From IMG/VR virus record IMGVR_UViG_3300025030_000054, positions 32,001 through 96,000 of that record: a stretch of 64,000 nt of DNA. One strand, 5' to 3'. Both the position numbers and the translations under genes were made by a program. The DNA comes from a virus. Positions within the stretch are counted from its first letter, which is position 1; every line of letters starts with the position of its first letter. Shown here in pieces: positions 61,960 to 64,000 of this stretch. A model generated the notes under the pieces. The model saw only the letters and a program-made list of their open reading frames with translations. It made no database searches and was not told the origin of the DNA.

Positions 61960-62353
61960 TTTGATTATCCTTGTGCCTAAGTATGCAATGTACTTTGCCA
62001 TGCCACTGACCACTTCTGTAAGAATGAACTGCTGTGCCTACTTTAGTGGTATGTACAAAATACTCAGAATCTATTATTACACCTAAATGCTTAGGGATTC
62101 TGTGTTCGATTAAAACTACTACGTCGCCGGTTCTAGGAGAGTCGGTTATTTTATAGAAACCTTCAGACTCATAGCGGTCAAGTATCAGGTTGTCTTTTAG
62201 ATTAAACCAATCCTCAACATAATCAGCGTCTGGAAGGTCTATTCCGAATTCCTTAGAGTAAATGAGTTTGACCAGTCTGTAGCAATCGGCACCTTCTCCG
62301 ATACCTGAGCCTCTAAACTTATATGGAATTTTCAAATACTCTAAGTAATTCAT
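61949..62353 (-). CDS. NlpC/P60 tail-tip protein (gpK C-terminal-like)
   Basis: IPY..G...GADCY.LV, GDVV, HLGV, FVH. Confidence 0.88.
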   Translation of the reverse strand: MNYLEYLKIPYKFRGSGIGEGADCYRLVKLIYSKEFGIDLPDADYVEDWFNLKDNLILDRYESEGFYKITDSPRTGDVVVLIEHRIPKHLGVIIDSEYFVHTTKVGTAVHSYRSGQWHGKVHCILRHKDNQNDN

Positions 62354-62354
62354 G

Positions 62355-62996
62355 TTAGAAATTTATCCTTCTGGTTTGTGTAGGAATCCCAGGGAAGCCG
62401 CCGAACCTAGCCTCATTACCTTTCTGCCTACAACTATCTAAGTCTTTAGTGCAGGTACTCTCTGCCCCCGCGTACATACAAGTTTCTGGATCTTTAAATC
62501 TCCAATAACACATGTGAGTAAACCTTCGTCTAGGAATTTTTATACTAAAGTCACACACAGGGTCTAACTGAAACTGTATAGTCTGGTCTGTTGCTGTGTA
62601 GCTGTCGATTATAAAAGAATCTTCTACGCAAGACAAAGGATCGGGAGACTCACCAGAATCCAGAAAACGCTCAAAGACAGTTTTAACTTCTACCCGAATT
62701 CCCCTTAGCCCTTTAAACTGTTGTAAGTAAGCCTGAAAGGTTCTCTCTGGGTTTGCTACAACAAGGCTTGCCTTATTTATCTCTCCAGTCCCTGTCATCT
62801 CTATGCCATTAAAAATGACTGGAAATTTTATGTAGGTAACTCCATCGTAAATTACATCTTCGTTAGCATCTACTATACTTACGCTAGTAGGCTCGGGAGT
62901 CGTAGGAATATCAACGAAAGTAATTAGATGGTAGAGTTGGCCTTGTTCTGTTTTAGTTGTTTCTTCTCTAAATAATGCGCTTAAGTCTCTAGCCAT
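62355..62996 (-). CDS. Minor tail protein L-like
   Basis: C-terminal CYW...CMY...CTK...C...FGGFPG Fe-S motif. Confidence 0.88.
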   Translation of the reverse strand: MARDLSALFREETTKTEQGQLYHLITFVDIPTTPEPTSVSIVDANEDVIYDGVTYIKFPVIFNGIEMTGTGEINKASLVVANPERTFQAYLQQFKGLRGIRVEVKTVFERFLDSGESPDPLSCVEDSFIIDSYTATDQTIQFQLDPVCDFSIKIPRRRFTHMCYWRFKDPETCMYAGAESTCTKDLDSCRQKGNEARFGGFPGIPTQTRRINF

Positions 62997-63286
62997 AAAT
63001 AATCATCCTTTGTTACTATCAGAAATTTGTAAGGGAATCTTCTGGCAGCTTCTAGGTCTGCCTCAGAAGGTTTGCAATCATAGGGATGTGTGTGCCATAT
63101 AGCAACCACCTTAGCACCTGAATTCAAAAGACTAAACCAACTGAACTTATCAAACACAAATGCATCTTTATTTCTGGACACATTCGCAATCTCAATCGTG
63201 GTTTCGTCTTCTAAAATTACCCCACACCTTTCACTTACTAAATTTGATAGTGCTTGTAATTTTCTAAGTGATTCCTCAGAAAGCAT
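62981..63286 (-). CDS. JAB/MPN-domain tail protein (gpK N-terminal-like)
   Basis: ERCGVI, N, IWHTHP...PSEAD. Confidence 0.85.
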   Translation of the reverse strand: MLSEESLRKLQALSNLVSERCGVILEDETTIEIANVSRNKDAFVFDKFSWFSLLNSGAKVVAIWHTHPYDCKPSEADLEAARRFPYKFLIVTKDDYLWLET

Positions 63287-63663
63287 TACAGAACCTCTTC
63301 TAGTTGAACGTCCAAGGAGTACAGAGGAGTCTTGAAGTTATGTGCGAAACTCTTGGCAGCAAAGGCTTCCATTTTAAACCTGACAGTGAACTCTTCTTTA
63401 CTTACGGGATCAGTCCATTTAAACGCTGAGTAAGAACCTTTCCTAGCTATGTAAAAGTCCTTCAAAGTTTTGTACTGTGTGTCTGTTAGCGCCTTGTAGG
63501 AGAAATCAAAGGTCTGTTTAAGCCTACCTTTGGGCCTGACTTCCTCAATCCCACTGTCAGACATAAATGAAATATTATTACTCTTGATTCCGTATGAAAT
63601 AGGAAGCGAACAATTAGGCATAGGCTTTCCTGTGGTTGTGTCGGTAGTCGGGTACGTTTCCAT
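63286..63663 (-). CDS. Distal tail protein (gpM/DUF2460-like)
   Basis: FYIARKGSYSAFKWTDP..VRF; position after tape measure. Confidence 0.8.
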   Translation of the reverse strand: METYPTTDTTTGKPMPNCSLPISYGIKSNNISFMSDSGIEEVRPKGRLKQTFDFSYKALTDTQYKTLKDFYIARKGSYSAFKWTDPVSKEEFTVRFKMEAFAAKSFAHNFKTPLYSLDVQLEEVL

Positions 63664-63693
63664 TACTCTCTCCTGTCTATGTCTTTCTACTCT

Positions 63694-63725
63694 ATTATAT
63701 ACAAACTGGTTACGTATTTTATTAC
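63694..63725 (-). promoter_or_regulatory. Phage-type late promoter
   Basis: GTAATA-N17-GTATATAAT upstream of the tail-tip operon. Confidence 0.65.
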
Positions 63726-63735
63726 TTGAGCAAAG

Positions 63736-63769
63736 AAAAACCCTACTAAATTTTTGTTTAGTAGGGTTT
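63736..63769 (-). terminator. Rho-independent terminator after tape measure
   Basis: AAACCCTACTAAA / TTTAGTAGGGTTT stem ending in a T-run on the minus strand. Confidence 0.7.
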
Positions 63770-63776
63770 ATTTAAT

Positions 63777-64000
63777 TTAACCTAAAGCCATTTTTATAGT
63801 CTTTAACGTAGAACCCCTCTTTATAATATCCAAGTTGATTACGTTAATTATTTGAGCATCGGTGGTCTGAGGAATGTCATCAGGATTTACTACGTTAACT
63901 ATCTGAATGGTTCCGTTTAACCCCCCGCCAGAAGAACTTCCACTGTTATTAGAAGAACCGCCTACCAAACCGCCTGTAGCCATTTTTCTAATCTTGCCCA
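63777..64000 (-). CDS. Tape measure protein, C-terminal end (truncated by window)
   Basis: MATGGLVG...IQIVNV...IINVI: typical TMP C-terminus, upstream of the distal tail gene. Confidence 0.7.
   Translation of the reverse strand, partial: GKIRKMATGGLVGGSSNNSGSSSGGGLNGTIQIVNVVNPDDIPQTTDAQIINVINLDIIKRGSTLKTIKMALG

Noticed and set aside
1-64000. tRNA genes, integrase/repressor lysogeny module, or stop-codon recoding
   Set aside because: No cloverleaf or integrase motifs were recognised; genes are intact in the standard code and use TAA, TAG and TGA as real stops

Overview
Central ~64 kb of a large, AT-rich, lytic-looking tailed dsDNA phage (siphovirus; T5-like replication genes, lambda-type tail tip). 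The + strand arm (1-47,040) holds an accessory/host-takeover region (1-19.3 kb), followed by replication, recombination and nucleotide-metabolism genes. These include an ATP-dependent ligase, RtcB, SF2 and DnaB helicases, primase, PolA with a UDG-like N-terminus, flap nuclease, SbcCD, RuvC, dUTPase, ClpP, NrdD with an intein, and NrdG, plus three free-standing homing-type endonucleases. The - strand arm (47,140-64,000) holds tape-measure end, tail tip, tail fibres, a glycosyltransferase, endolysin and a lipase; the arms converge on a bidirectional terminator. Most notable: (1) an 11-member family of small paralogues with conserved ends and variable cores, scattered among putative anti-defence genes; (2) a 20-bp palindromic site (AAATAGGTAATTACCTAAAT and variants) at 7 intergenic positions; (3) mucin-like Thr/Pro-rich tail proteins encoded directly upstream of a multi-domain glycosyltransferase (candidate virion O-glycosylation system); (4) a second promoter class G(T/G)(A/G)ATA-N17-GTATATAAT found 5 times. 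Class III RNR and bacterial surface-protein-like domains suggest an anaerobic, possibly Geobacter/Desulfuromonadales-like host (inference). All calls are by motif recognition; no database searches were run.
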